Shown: positions 38,102 through 46,367 of the stretch, piece by piece
Numbering within the stretch: the first letter of the stretch is position 1
Layout: the number at the start of each line of letters is the position of its first letter
Assembly (NCBI GenBank): GCA_964457375.1
Contig: CAYWFK010000007.1
Coordinates: 1 to 63,654 of the forward strand
Length of the DNA stretch: 63,654 bases
Direction of reading: 5' to 3'
DNA from: an uncultured Anaerolineales bacterium
GTDB taxonomy: Bacteria > Chloroflexota > Anaerolineae > Anaerolineales > UBA11858
Notes under the pieces: generated by a model
Seen by the model: only the letters and a program-made list of their open reading frames with translations
Databases searched by the model: none
What the model was told of the DNA's origin: nothing
Program-made: the position numbers and the translations under genes

Positions 38102-38448
38102 ATGCAAACTTTGCAACCGCGACGACTTATCGCGATGTTGCTACCCGCAAGCCATTTTCTGTTTCCACGCTTACGGAAAAGCGCACGGTGATCAACGACA
38201 GAGAAATCGGACGTTTGATTGCTGCTGCTGTGATCAATAAAAGATTTTGTGATTTGCTGCTTTCTGATCCATCTCAGGCAATCACTCAGGGGTTTCAGGG
38301 GGAGTCGTTTCACATTGCGGGCAAAGATCGCGAACTGATTCTCTCGATAAAAGCCAAGACACTTTCCGATTTCGCACAACAACTTGCAAACTACCAACAC
38401 ACTGGAAAAAGGAATGATTACCATCGTACCGACCGCGGACGGTTTTAA
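38098..38448 (+). CDS. Small protein resembling NHLP/Os1348-clan leader-like proteins
   Basis: ATG 38098 overlaps upstream TGA; IGRLIAAAVINKRFCDLLLSDPSQAI resembles the NHLP 'I..A..D..F...LL.DP..AL' motif. Confidence 0.6.
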   Translation: MNANFATATTYRDVATRKPFSVSTLTEKRTVINDREIGRLIAAAVINKRFCDLLLSDPSQAITQGFQGESFHIAGKDRELILSIKAKTLSDFAQQLANYQHTGKRNDYHRTDRGRF

Positions 38449-40411
38449 CGAAGCAGATGTAAATCGCAGCCTGTTCTTGCTGGATGAAAATAACCCGCTG
38501 CCTCCCAAGTCTTTCTTGCAGTTTTCCAACACGGAAGAAACGATTATCTGGCTGCTCGACAAAGAGGGTGTATTTACCTTTTCCGAGGGGGACGGGCTGG
38601 CACTTTTGGACTTGAAATCCGGCGGACTGGTGGGAAAATCGATTTTCGATATTTTTGCAAACTATCCCGATATTACAAAATGCATCCGCCAGACCATGAA
38701 GGGAAAATCCTGCCAGTCTATCGATGAAATCAATGGCAAACTGTGGAAGATGTGGGCTTATCCGGTGCGGGATAAAGGAAACAACCTGACCGGAATTAGC
38801 GGAGTGTTTGTCAATATCACCGAGCAATATCAGCGTGAACGGATACAAAAGATCGTTTTGAGTCTTTCGAACACGCTGCGGAATGTGGAAACTTCCGGGG
38901 ATATTCCCGCGGTTATCCTTGACCGGATCATGAGCATTGTCTCGGCAGATGCGGCAATGTTGTTCTGGCGCAAGGGGGTTGCAGGGGTGATGCGGGTCGA
39001 GCTTGGACGCGGCGCCTGGGAATCGTGGAGCGGGAAAACTTTCGATGAAAAAAACGAAACTTTGCGCAGCAAAGAAGCCCGGCGTGTTTTTCGGAGCGGC
39101 AAACCGTACCTTGGTAGTACGCCTGCCTTTTTGGCGGAAAATACGACGGGGCAGCATAGCCCGCTGCATGTGTATGGGGTGCCTCTGGTTTCCATGAATA
39201 ACGTTGCCGGTGCAATTTGGGTGGGCAGAGAAAAACCGTTTTTTGACTATGAGACAATGCTGCTCAAAGCCATTGGGGAAATTGCCGCAAATTCGATACG
39301 TAGTGCCACGCAGCACACTACGACGCAGCGCAGGTTACAGCGCCTTGTCGCTTTGCACAATATCGACAAGGCAATCAGCAACAGCCTGGAATTGCACGTT
39401 ACATTGAATGTGCTTCTCGAGCAGGTCGTTACCCAGCTGGGGATTCATGCCGCCATGGTTTATCTGGTGAAGCCGTATACCCAGACGATGGAATACGCTG
39501 CGGGAAGAGGCATTCAGATGATTGACCTTGTCCAGACGGAATTGCCGCTGGGCGAAGGGCTGGCGGGGCAGGTTGCTGTCAACCGGAAGTTTTTGTATAT
39601 TCAGGATTTGCACAGTGTCAGTGATGCCGGGCGACTGGTGAGAAAAAGTTTCTTCGAAAAGGAAGGCATCGTTTCTTATTGTGGTATTCCTTTGCTGGTA
39701 AAAGGGCAGGTGAAGGGCGTTTTGGAAATTTATTCCCGCCAGGTACTCAATCCCGAAGCGGAATGGGTTGATTTTCTGGAAACACTGGCTACCCAGGCAG
39801 CGATTGCCATCGACAATGCGGAATTGTTCCAGAACCTGCAAAAGACGAACGCGGAGCTTTCGGTTGCTTATGATGCCACCCTGGAAGGCTGGGTTCATGC
39901 CCTGGATTTGCGTGATAAAGAAACCGAGGGGCATACGAAACGGGTGACGGAAGTTACTTTGCGTTTGGCGCGGGCACTGGGCATCGGGGAAGCTGATTTG
40001 ATGCACACGCGCCGGGGAGCATTGCTGCATGATATTGGAAAAATGGCTATCCCCGATGCGATTTTGTATAAACCGGGTCCCTTGAACGAGCATGAATGGG
40101 AAATCATGCGTAAACACCCGGTATATGCATACCAGCTGCTTTCTCCCATCCGGTTTCTGAGACAAGCGCTGGCTATTCCATACTATCACCATGAGAAATG
40201 GGACGGGAGCGGTTATCCCTTTGGGTTGAGCGGGGAGCGCATCCCTCGGATTGCCCGTATTTTCGCCGTGGCTGACGTATGGGATGCCCTGCGCTCAGAC
40301 AGGCCTTATCGAAAAGCCTGGCAGGATAGTGATGCCAAGGATTACTTACGGGAAAATGCGGGGAAGCATTTCGACCCCGATGTTGTTCATATGTTCTTTC
40401 GGATTTTTTAG
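38414..40411 (+). CDS. PAS-GAF-GAF-HD-GYP c-di-GMP phosphodiesterase
   Basis: RDKETEGHTKRV, LHDIGK, HHEKWDGSGYP, ADVWDALRSDRPYR; start 38414 (or TTG 38384). Confidence 0.92.
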   Translation: MITIVPTADGFNEADVNRSLFLLDENNPLPPKSFLQFSNTEETIIWLLDKEGVFTFSEGDGLALLDLKSGGLVGKSIFDIFANYPDITKCIRQTMKGKSCQSIDEINGKLWKMWAYPVRDKGNNLTGISGVFVNITEQYQRERIQKIVLSLSNTLRNVETSGDIPAVILDRIMSIVSADAAMLFWRKGVAGVMRVELGRGAWESWSGKTFDEKNETLRSKEARRVFRSGKPYLGSTPAFLAENTTGQHSPLHVYGVPLVSMNNVAGAIWVGREKPFFDYETMLLKAIGEIAANSIRSATQHTTTQRRLQRLVALHNIDKAISNSLELHVTLNVLLEQVVTQLGIHAAMVYLVKPYTQTMEYAAGRGIQMIDLVQTELPLGEGLAGQVAVNRKFLYIQDLHSVSDAGRLVRKSFFEKEGIVSYCGIPLLVKGQVKGVLEIYSRQVLNPEAEWVDFLETLATQAAIAIDNAELFQNLQKTNAELSVAYDATLEGWVHALDLRDKETEGHTKRVTEVTLRLARALGIGEADLMHTRRGALLHDIGKMAIPDAILYKPGPLNEHEWEIMRKHPVYAYQLLSPIRFLRQALAIPYYHHEKWDGSGYPFGLSGERIPRIARIFAVADVWDALRSDRPYRKAWQDSDAKDYLRENAGKHFDPDVVHMFFRIF

Positions 40412-40429
40412 GAAGAGCAGCACGGACGC

Positions 40430-40456
40430 CCGCCGGCAGCACCGGCGGTTTTTTTT
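40430..40456 (+). terminator. Intrinsic terminator of the peptide/HD-GYP operon
   Basis: CCGCCGG-CAGCA-CCGGCGG followed by T8. Confidence 0.85.
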
Positions 40457-41852
40457 ATCCGGAGGGTAATGGCGTTTTTCGAAACCACGCCGCCGCCTTT
40501 TCGTAAGCGTAGGCAGCTTGCAGCAAGCGGCTTTCCTGCCACCAGGGGGCGATGATTTGCAGGCCGATAGGCAGCCCATGGGATGTGAAACCACAGGGAA
40601 GGGAAATCGCGGGCAGACCGGTTAAATCGAAGATGCCGGTGAAACGGGTGAGTTGTTTTGCGCGCTCGACAGCTTGTGCGGTGTTGGAGAGCGGCGCGGT
40701 GACAGGTGTTGTGGGAAGCAGCAACAAGTCGGCTTTTTCGAAAAGCGACCTGAACCATCGCTTTCCGGTGTGTTGCAGGTGGCGTGCCTCGATATAGCCG
40801 GTTATGGATGTTTGCTTGCCCTGTATCAGGCGTGTGAGTACGTCCTGCCCGAAATTCCCGGGGTGTTGCGCGATACGTTCCGAATGGAATGCGGCTGCAT
40901 CGCACTTCGTGATGAGGCTATTGGCTTTTGCCATGCTTTCTGCGTGCGGCATGCGGGTTTCGATGAGAATTGCGCCGAGGTCTTTGAATGTATTGGCTGC
41001 CGCTGCAATAGCTTTGGATACTTCGTCTTCTGTTGTGTGGAAGTAGTCGCCGACAGGAACAGCGATATGCCAGCCGCGAATACTTTTCCCCAAACGTGAC
41101 GTGTAATCCCCGGTGGATGTGTTTACAGCATAGGGGTCGTCGCTATCGAAGCCGGCGATGGCGTTGAGAATGAGCGCCAGGTCTTCGACTTGTCTTGCCA
41201 TTGGGCCGACATGGTCCAGGTTGCGGGAAAGGGGAATGACACCTTGCTTGCTCACTCTGCCGAATGTGGGTTTGATGCCGGTGATGCCGCAAAGTGATGA
41301 TGGTATGCGAATAGAGCCGCCGGTATCCGTACCTAACGCGCCGAAGCACATGCCTGCGGCAAGGGCGGCAGCAGAACCGCCGGAAGAGCCGCCGGGGATG
41401 CGGCGCTTGTCCCACGGGTTGCGGCAGGCACCATAGTGAGGGTTCTCGTTAGTGACACCCAGTGCCCATTCGTGCATGTTGAGTTTACCCAGAAAGACAG
41501 CACCCTGCTGTCTGAGCCTGCTGACCACGAAACAATCCCGGGCGGGGATATTCTGACGCAGGAACAGCGAACCGGCAGTTGTGCGAACCCCCTTTGTTTC
41601 GAAAAGGTCTTTAATGGCAAGCGGGATGCCATGCAGAGCGCCCCGATATTTACCTGCGGCAATTTCTTTTTCTGCCTGCTTTGCCTCCTGTAAGGCGGTT
41701 TCTCCCGTGAGGGTGATGAAGGCGTTGATTTCCGGTTCGCTTTGGGTAATCTGCTCCAGACAGCGCCCGGTTACCTCGACAGGGGAGATTTCATGTTTGG
41801 CAATCAGGGCGCTGAGTTCGTGGAGCGAGAGAGATAGCAAGCTGTTCATCAA
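40455..41852 (-). CDS. Amidase signature family enzyme (GatA-like, stand-alone)
   Basis: IKDLF (Lys), GGSSGGS, GTDTGGSIR Ser-cisSer-Lys triad; no gatB/gatC nearby. Confidence 0.88.
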   Translation of the reverse strand: MMNSLLSLSLHELSALIAKHEISPVEVTGRCLEQITQSEPEINAFITLTGETALQEAKQAEKEIAAGKYRGALHGIPLAIKDLFETKGVRTTAGSLFLRQNIPARDCFVVSRLRQQGAVFLGKLNMHEWALGVTNENPHYGACRNPWDKRRIPGGSSGGSAAALAAGMCFGALGTDTGGSIRIPSSLCGITGIKPTFGRVSKQGVIPLSRNLDHVGPMARQVEDLALILNAIAGFDSDDPYAVNTSTGDYTSRLGKSIRGWHIAVPVGDYFHTTEDEVSKAIAAAANTFKDLGAILIETRMPHAESMAKANSLITKCDAAAFHSERIAQHPGNFGQDVLTRLIQGKQTSITGYIEARHLQHTGKRWFRSLFEKADLLLLPTTPVTAPLSNTAQAVERAKQLTRFTGIFDLTGLPAISLPCGFTSHGLPIGLQIIAPWWQESRLLQAAYAYEKAAAWFRKTPLPSG

Positions 41853-41864
41853 GGCTTTTGCCGA

Positions 41865-42476
41865 TTAGGCATTGTCAGCAAGCAATTTGCTCAATTCTTC
41901 TTTCGTCTGTGCCGGCGAGACAAATTGAATTGCGTGTATGCCAACTTTGCGGGCGCTGTCGACGTTCCCGGAAAAATCGTCGATGAAAACTGTTTCTTCC
42001 GGGTTCAGGTCGAGCTGTGCCAAAGCAATTTGGTAAATGCCGGGATCGGGTTTCATCAACCCGACTTCGGCAGAAATGATGATTTCATCGAAGATGTCGG
42101 CAATTCCCCATTCGTCACTGAGCATTTGGCGCAAGTCGAGCCATGCATTGCTTAGCAATGCCGTTTTGTATTGGCTTTTCAGGGAGCGAATGAAGCTGAC
42201 AAGTTCGGTATCCAGTGCGTCGCCTCCCCAAAAACGGGATTGGACGGCTTCTTTTTGGTCGGGAGGTGCCCCGATTTCAGCAAGGACGACATCCCATAAT
42301 TTATCGGGTTTGATTTTCCCCTTTTGAGCCTGCAAGCCGGGCGGGCTGGCGAAAACCAGGAATTCCAGGGCGTAGCGTGTCATGCCGAATTCCGATGCGA
42401 GTTTCGTGCGGGGTTCGGAATTCATTGTGCGCAACAGCACACCGCCGAAATCCCAGATGATGGCTTTGATGGTCAT
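41865..42476 (-). CDS. HAD-superfamily phosphatase
   Basis: DFGGVL motif I, LLSNA, KPDPGIY, FIDD motif IV. Confidence 0.88.
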   Translation of the reverse strand: MTIKAIIWDFGGVLLRTMNSEPRTKLASEFGMTRYALEFLVFASPPGLQAQKGKIKPDKLWDVVLAEIGAPPDQKEAVQSRFWGGDALDTELVSFIRSLKSQYKTALLSNAWLDLRQMLSDEWGIADIFDEIIISAEVGLMKPDPGIYQIALAQLDLNPEETVFIDDFSGNVDSARKVGIHAIQFVSPAQTKEELSKLLADNA

Positions 42477-42539
42477 AGTTGCTCCAGAGCGGTAAGTTGT
42501 TATTGGATGAAGCGGTTTGTGCTCAATTTTATCGCAGAT

Positions 42540-43565
42540 TCAGGATGCATCATCAAGATTTTGGACGATGATTTCCTTGCCGGGGCGCAGTTCTTTCTCG
42601 AAAGAAATATAGTGCCGGTTTATGTGCATCCCGACGCGTTTGTAGAGGTCGAGTGCTCCGGTGAGGCTCTCTGAATCGACGATGAGGGAAACCTTGCGTT
42701 TGCCGCGTTCGTAAAATGCGCTGAAAGCTTTATAGAGTAAAGCAGTACCCAGCCCCTTTTTGCGCCACTGGCGTCTGACGCCAAGGCTGGAAATGTACCC
42801 TGTGTTCTTGTCATCTTCAGCCCATTTCTTGCAGAGACAAGTTGCCGCTATCTCGTCGCCATCCCAGGCAATGAACCATAAGTCAGGATCGTAGGATTCG
42901 TGCTGCGTGAAATGGTGGAGAAAATACTGAAAGCCTTCTTCGAAAGGTTCTTCCATGAAGCCGAAATGGTCGCGAAAAGCATCCTGGTCTGCCAGATAAA
43001 CAGCTTTGGCATCCCGTTCCAGATCGAAAGGCTTCAGGACGATTCCTTCCGGAAAGCGGGGTTCGGGCGGCTTTTGGGACATTTCCAGCTGCATTTCGAA
43101 CCAGCTGCGGACAGGTTTGTACCCGTGTTCCCCGAACAGGCGAATTGCAGCTGTTGCGAGATTTTCCGCTCCGGTGCGTACGGAAACGCGGAGTTCAGGC
43201 GGGGTGATGGGCAAGACATCCCGGGCGCGTGATTCCGCCCATTCGAGCAGAAAACTGCCGATACCCAGGTTCTCGTGCTGCGGATGGACGCAGCCATAAA
43301 AAAAGGGGTGAACGGGTGGTATTTCACTGGCGTATAAATCTACAAACCCTGCCAGCTTGCCATGCGGATCGAAAACCAGGCGGGTGTCTTTTTCGGGTTC
43401 ATGCCTGGGTGCGCTCCAGTCCCTGAGCAAAACATCCTTGGTCATTCTTTTGTGACCGAAGTAATGGAGTGCCTGGAAGTTAAGCAGTTCGACCACGTTT
43501 GCTGCGTCTTCCGGGGTTGCCGTGCGAAGTGTATATCCTTTGGGTAAGGATGTTTTCTTGTTCAT
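42540..43565 (-). CDS. Tandem-domain GNAT N-acetyltransferase
   Basis: VHPQHENLGIGS and VRRQWRKKGLGT acetyl-CoA-binding motifs. Confidence 0.85.
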   Translation of the reverse strand: MNKKTSLPKGYTLRTATPEDAANVVELLNFQALHYFGHKRMTKDVLLRDWSAPRHEPEKDTRLVFDPHGKLAGFVDLYASEIPPVHPFFYGCVHPQHENLGIGSFLLEWAESRARDVLPITPPELRVSVRTGAENLATAAIRLFGEHGYKPVRSWFEMQLEMSQKPPEPRFPEGIVLKPFDLERDAKAVYLADQDAFRDHFGFMEEPFEEGFQYFLHHFTQHESYDPDLWFIAWDGDEIAATCLCKKWAEDDKNTGYISSLGVRRQWRKKGLGTALLYKAFSAFYERGKRKVSLIVDSESLTGALDLYKRVGMHINRHYISFEKELRPGKEIIVQNLDDAS

Positions 43566-43703
43566 AGATATTTTCCTTTTGGACGTTTCTTAATATATAC
43601 GGATGAATTGTACTCCCGGTTGAATCGGGTAGGCGCATCTTTCCGGATTTGCCTGTTTTTTGCTCCCCCACGACAAAAAACAGGCGCCTTGTTGCGGAGC
43701 AGT

Positions 43704-44534
43704 TTATCCGTTGCGGTGCAGTTTACCGCTGCGTTTGGCATAGTGTTCGGCCAAACTGAAAATATAGAGACCGGCGGGAATGAGAAGAATTCCCATCAAC
43801 AACGCAGGCCAGATATATTCCCAGAGCAAGGGGGTCCGGACGCCTTCGAGCACTGCCTGCCGTGTGCCGTTGAGCACATATGTTGCCGGACTGAACACAG
43901 CGATTTTTTGAAGGACCTTGGGGAGCACCTGAACGGGGTAATATACACCGGAGACCAGCAGCAGGAGGGCGATGACAATATGAGTCATTTGGGCGCCCCG
44001 CTCCGGGAAGAGCAGCGGCAAGGTAGACGCCATGATGCTGATGCCGATGAACGAAAGGCTGCCCGAAATCAGGACAATCAATCCGCCGAACATATTTGCG
44101 TGGCTTACGTTCAGGTCGAAGACGAATATCGTTACGATGAGAATCACCGCAGTGAAAAACAGGCTGTAAATCACGGCAAATACGGTTTGCCCGAACATGT
44201 GGGTCAGGCGGCGGATGGGCGCCATCAGGGTGTACTCGATGGTACCTTCCCAGCGTTCGATGCTGATGAGTTCTGTAATCCAGTAGAAGATCGAGGAAAG
44301 AAAACGCCAAACAAGCGTTCCAATCACCAGATACAAAACGAGGTATTGGCTGTCTAAAGAACTGTCACCGCTGATGTATTGCATACCCAGCCCAATGAAA
44401 CTGACGGACAGGCTTTCGGCAATCGAGTAGACCATCCACACGATTTCCCATGCCCAGTATCGTTTGACCAGATTGGCGTTGCGTTCGATGAAAGCGTAGG
44501 TTGCGCGTAGTTGATGCAAAGCTGTAGTAGTCAT
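43704..44534 (-). CDS. ABC-2 type exporter permease
   Basis: ERWEGTIEYTLMAP, SGVYYPV..LP..LQ.IA...PATY; GGAG RBS before ATG 44534. Confidence 0.9.
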   Translation of the reverse strand: MTTTALHQLRATYAFIERNANLVKRYWAWEIVWMVYSIAESLSVSFIGLGMQYISGDSSLDSQYLVLYLVIGTLVWRFLSSIFYWITELISIERWEGTIEYTLMAPIRRLTHMFGQTVFAVIYSLFFTAVILIVTIFVFDLNVSHANMFGGLIVLISGSLSFIGISIMASTLPLLFPERGAQMTHIVIALLLLVSGVYYPVQVLPKVLQKIAVFSPATYVLNGTRQAVLEGVRTPLLWEYIWPALLMGILLIPAGLYIFSLAEHYAKRSGKLHRNG

Positions 44535-44554
44535 ACTATTCTCCACTTGTTGCT

Positions 44555-44601
44555 GCCCGATGCAGATTGCCGCGCTTGCCGACTGTCAATCCGCATCGGG
44601 C
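44555..44601. repeat. 15-bp inverted repeat (intercistronic stem-loop)
   Basis: GCCCGATGCAGATTG / CAATCCGCATCGGGC, one mismatch, 17-nt loop. Confidence 0.7.
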
Positions 44602-44612
44602 GCCGTTTTTTC

Positions 44613-45449
44613 TTATTCCGTTTCTTTTAGTTTTCTTCCCGTCAATGCCAGGAAAACGTCTTCCAGCGTAGGGGGACTGTCTCCGTCGGATGGCGTAAGA
44701 CGTTTTAGATTGTCCGGTGTATCCATTGCAACGACTTTTCCCTTGTCCATGATTGCCACTCTGTCGCACAGGGTATCGGCTTCAGCCATGTCGTGGGTGG
44801 TGAGCAATATGGTGGTGTTGTGTGTATCACAAAGCTCGCGAATGACCGCCTGAACTTCCAGCTTGGAACGCGGATCCAGGCCGGTGGTCGGCTCGTCGAG
44901 CAGCAGGACGCTTGGCTTGGAAAGCAGGGCACGTGCGATGGCGACTTTCTGCTGCATACCGCGGGACATTTCTTCCATCGGGCGGTAGATCGACCGTTTT
45001 TCCAGCCCCAGCCGGACGAGGATTTGCACTACTTGTTCGCGCGTGTCTTTTCCGGAAAGCCCATACAGCCTTGCTCCGTAAAGCAGGTTTTCCATAGGGG
45101 ATAGCTTTTTGAAAAAACTGGCTTCTACGGAAACACGATTGATCATTCGCTGCACTGTAAGCGTTTCTTTCTCGACATCGTGCCCGAAGATTGTAATCTT
45201 TCCGCCATCAGGGATAAGCAATGTTGCCATCAGGCGGATGAGTGTGGATTTCCCGGAGCCGTTGGGGCCCAGTACTCCGAAGATTTCCCCTTCTTCGATG
45301 GAGAAAGAAACATTCGAGACGGCGATGATTTCTTTTCTCGCAGTGAGCTTATCTTCTGAATGGTTGTTGCCAAGGATACGTTTCCAGAACGGATTTCCCG
45401 GTTTGCCGAATTTTTTGTAGACATTATCGACGACGATTGCATATGACAT
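44613..45449 (-). CDS. ABC exporter ATP-binding protein (DrrA-like)
   Basis: GPNGSGKST, MSRGMQQK signature, LLLDEPTTGLD, TTH. Confidence 0.93.
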   Translation of the reverse strand: MSYAIVVDNVYKKFGKPGNPFWKRILGNNHSEDKLTARKEIIAVSNVSFSIEEGEIFGVLGPNGSGKSTLIRLMATLLIPDGGKITIFGHDVEKETLTVQRMINRVSVEASFFKKLSPMENLLYGARLYGLSGKDTREQVVQILVRLGLEKRSIYRPMEEMSRGMQQKVAIARALLSKPSVLLLDEPTTGLDPRSKLEVQAVIRELCDTHNTTILLTTHDMAEADTLCDRVAIMDKGKVVAMDTPDNLKRLTPSDGDSPPTLEDVFLALTGRKLKETE

Positions 45450-45461
45450 GATTTCTTCTCC

Positions 45462-45503
45462 AAAAATAAAAAAACCGCGGTTGATTGCGTACTCAACCCG
45501 CGG
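45462..45503 (-). terminator. Leader terminator 2 (attenuator-like) upstream of ABC ATPase
   Basis: Minus strand CCGCGGGTTGA..TCAACCGCGG followed by TTTTTTTTATTTT, just before the GGAG RBS. Confidence 0.75.
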
Positions 45504-45521
45504 CTGTGATAGACCAAACGG

Positions 45522-45561
45522 AATAAAAAACAGCCACGGGGTTGGAATACACCTGTGGCTG
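45522..45561 (-). terminator. Leader terminator 1 (attenuator-like)
   Basis: Minus strand CAGCCACAGG..CCCGTGGCTG followed by TTTTTTATT. Confidence 0.75.
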
Positions 45562-45589
45562 CTGAAAGTCTAGTTTCTTGCCAGTCTAG

Positions 45590-45676
45590 TCAGTCAATAG
45601 GCGCATTCCTACAAGGAAAATCGTTACTGCCGTTCATGGACAGCCGGTAACGTGCTGCCGATTGTGTGTTGATCAT
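45590..45676 (-). CDS. Putative 28-aa leader peptide MINTQSAARYRLSMNGSNDFPCRNAPID
   Basis: AAGGAAGG RBS 9 nt upstream of ATG; lies between a strong promoter and two terminators. Confidence 0.55.
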   Translation of the reverse strand: MINTQSAARYRLSMNGSNDFPCRNAPID

Positions 45677-45710
45677 CGAAATACGCCTTCCTTTCGTAAG
45701 AGTTGTTGCG

Positions 45711-45739
45711 AATATACCATAACAGCGATGCATGGTCAA
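45711..45739 (-). promoter_or_regulatory. sigma70 promoter of the leader/ABC exporter operon
   Basis: TTGACC (45739-45734), 17 bp, TG-G-TATATT (-10 at 45716-45711). Confidence 0.7.
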
Positions 45740-45766
45740 GGATTTTGTGCCGGGCTGCTGATGTTT

Positions 45767-46231
45767 CTATTTTCCGGTTGTCGGATAACCGGCTTGTTCC
45801 CAGGCGTTCATACCTCCAGCCATAGAGGAAACCCGGGTGAAGCCTGCCTCGCGCAGGATGTTTGCTCCCAGTTTGCTGCGGTTTCCTGAATGGCAAACCA
45901 CAATGATTTGTTTGTCGCGGGGGATTTCCTGCAAGCGTGATGGCAGCTCGTCGAGCGGAATCAATGTGACATTCGGGATGTGTATTTTGTCCCATTCTTC
46001 TTGGGTGCGCACATCGAGCAGGAAGGCGCCGTTGGTATATGCCTGGTATGCACGCGGTACATCAACGGTTTGCACTGCGGTTTTGGTTCCGCCGGCGAGG
46101 TAAACCATGCCGGCGAGAACAAGCAGTATTGCCATTGCAATCAATGCCCAGGTCAGGCGCTGTTTCTTGCGGCGTTCTGCCCGGATTTTCTCCCGTTTGG
46201 ACTGCTTTTTGTCAGGACGTTTTCTGGACAT
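45767..46231 (-). CDS. Membrane-anchored rhodanese-like domain protein
   Basis: LLDVRTQEEW...HIP, active-site VCHSGNRS, MAGGMNAW. Confidence 0.88.
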   Translation of the reverse strand: MSRKRPDKKQSKREKIRAERRKKQRLTWALIAMAILLVLAGMVYLAGGTKTAVQTVDVPRAYQAYTNGAFLLDVRTQEEWDKIHIPNVTLIPLDELPSRLQEIPRDKQIIVVCHSGNRSKLGANILREAGFTRVSSMAGGMNAWEQAGYPTTGK

Positions 46232-46367
46232 GGAAGAATCACCTCCGCTTGGATGACCGTTTTTGCCGGTTGTTGTATTGGGTGATTAAGTATAATCCGA
46301 CAGAGGGGTTTGATGTTGATTAATTGGCGAAGCGTTCGGTGAATTGTGGGGCGCAGGGGTGCTTTTT

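Noticed and set aside
40455-41852. gatA
   Set aside because: Amidase signature only; no gatB/gatC linkage, so treated as a stand-alone amidase.
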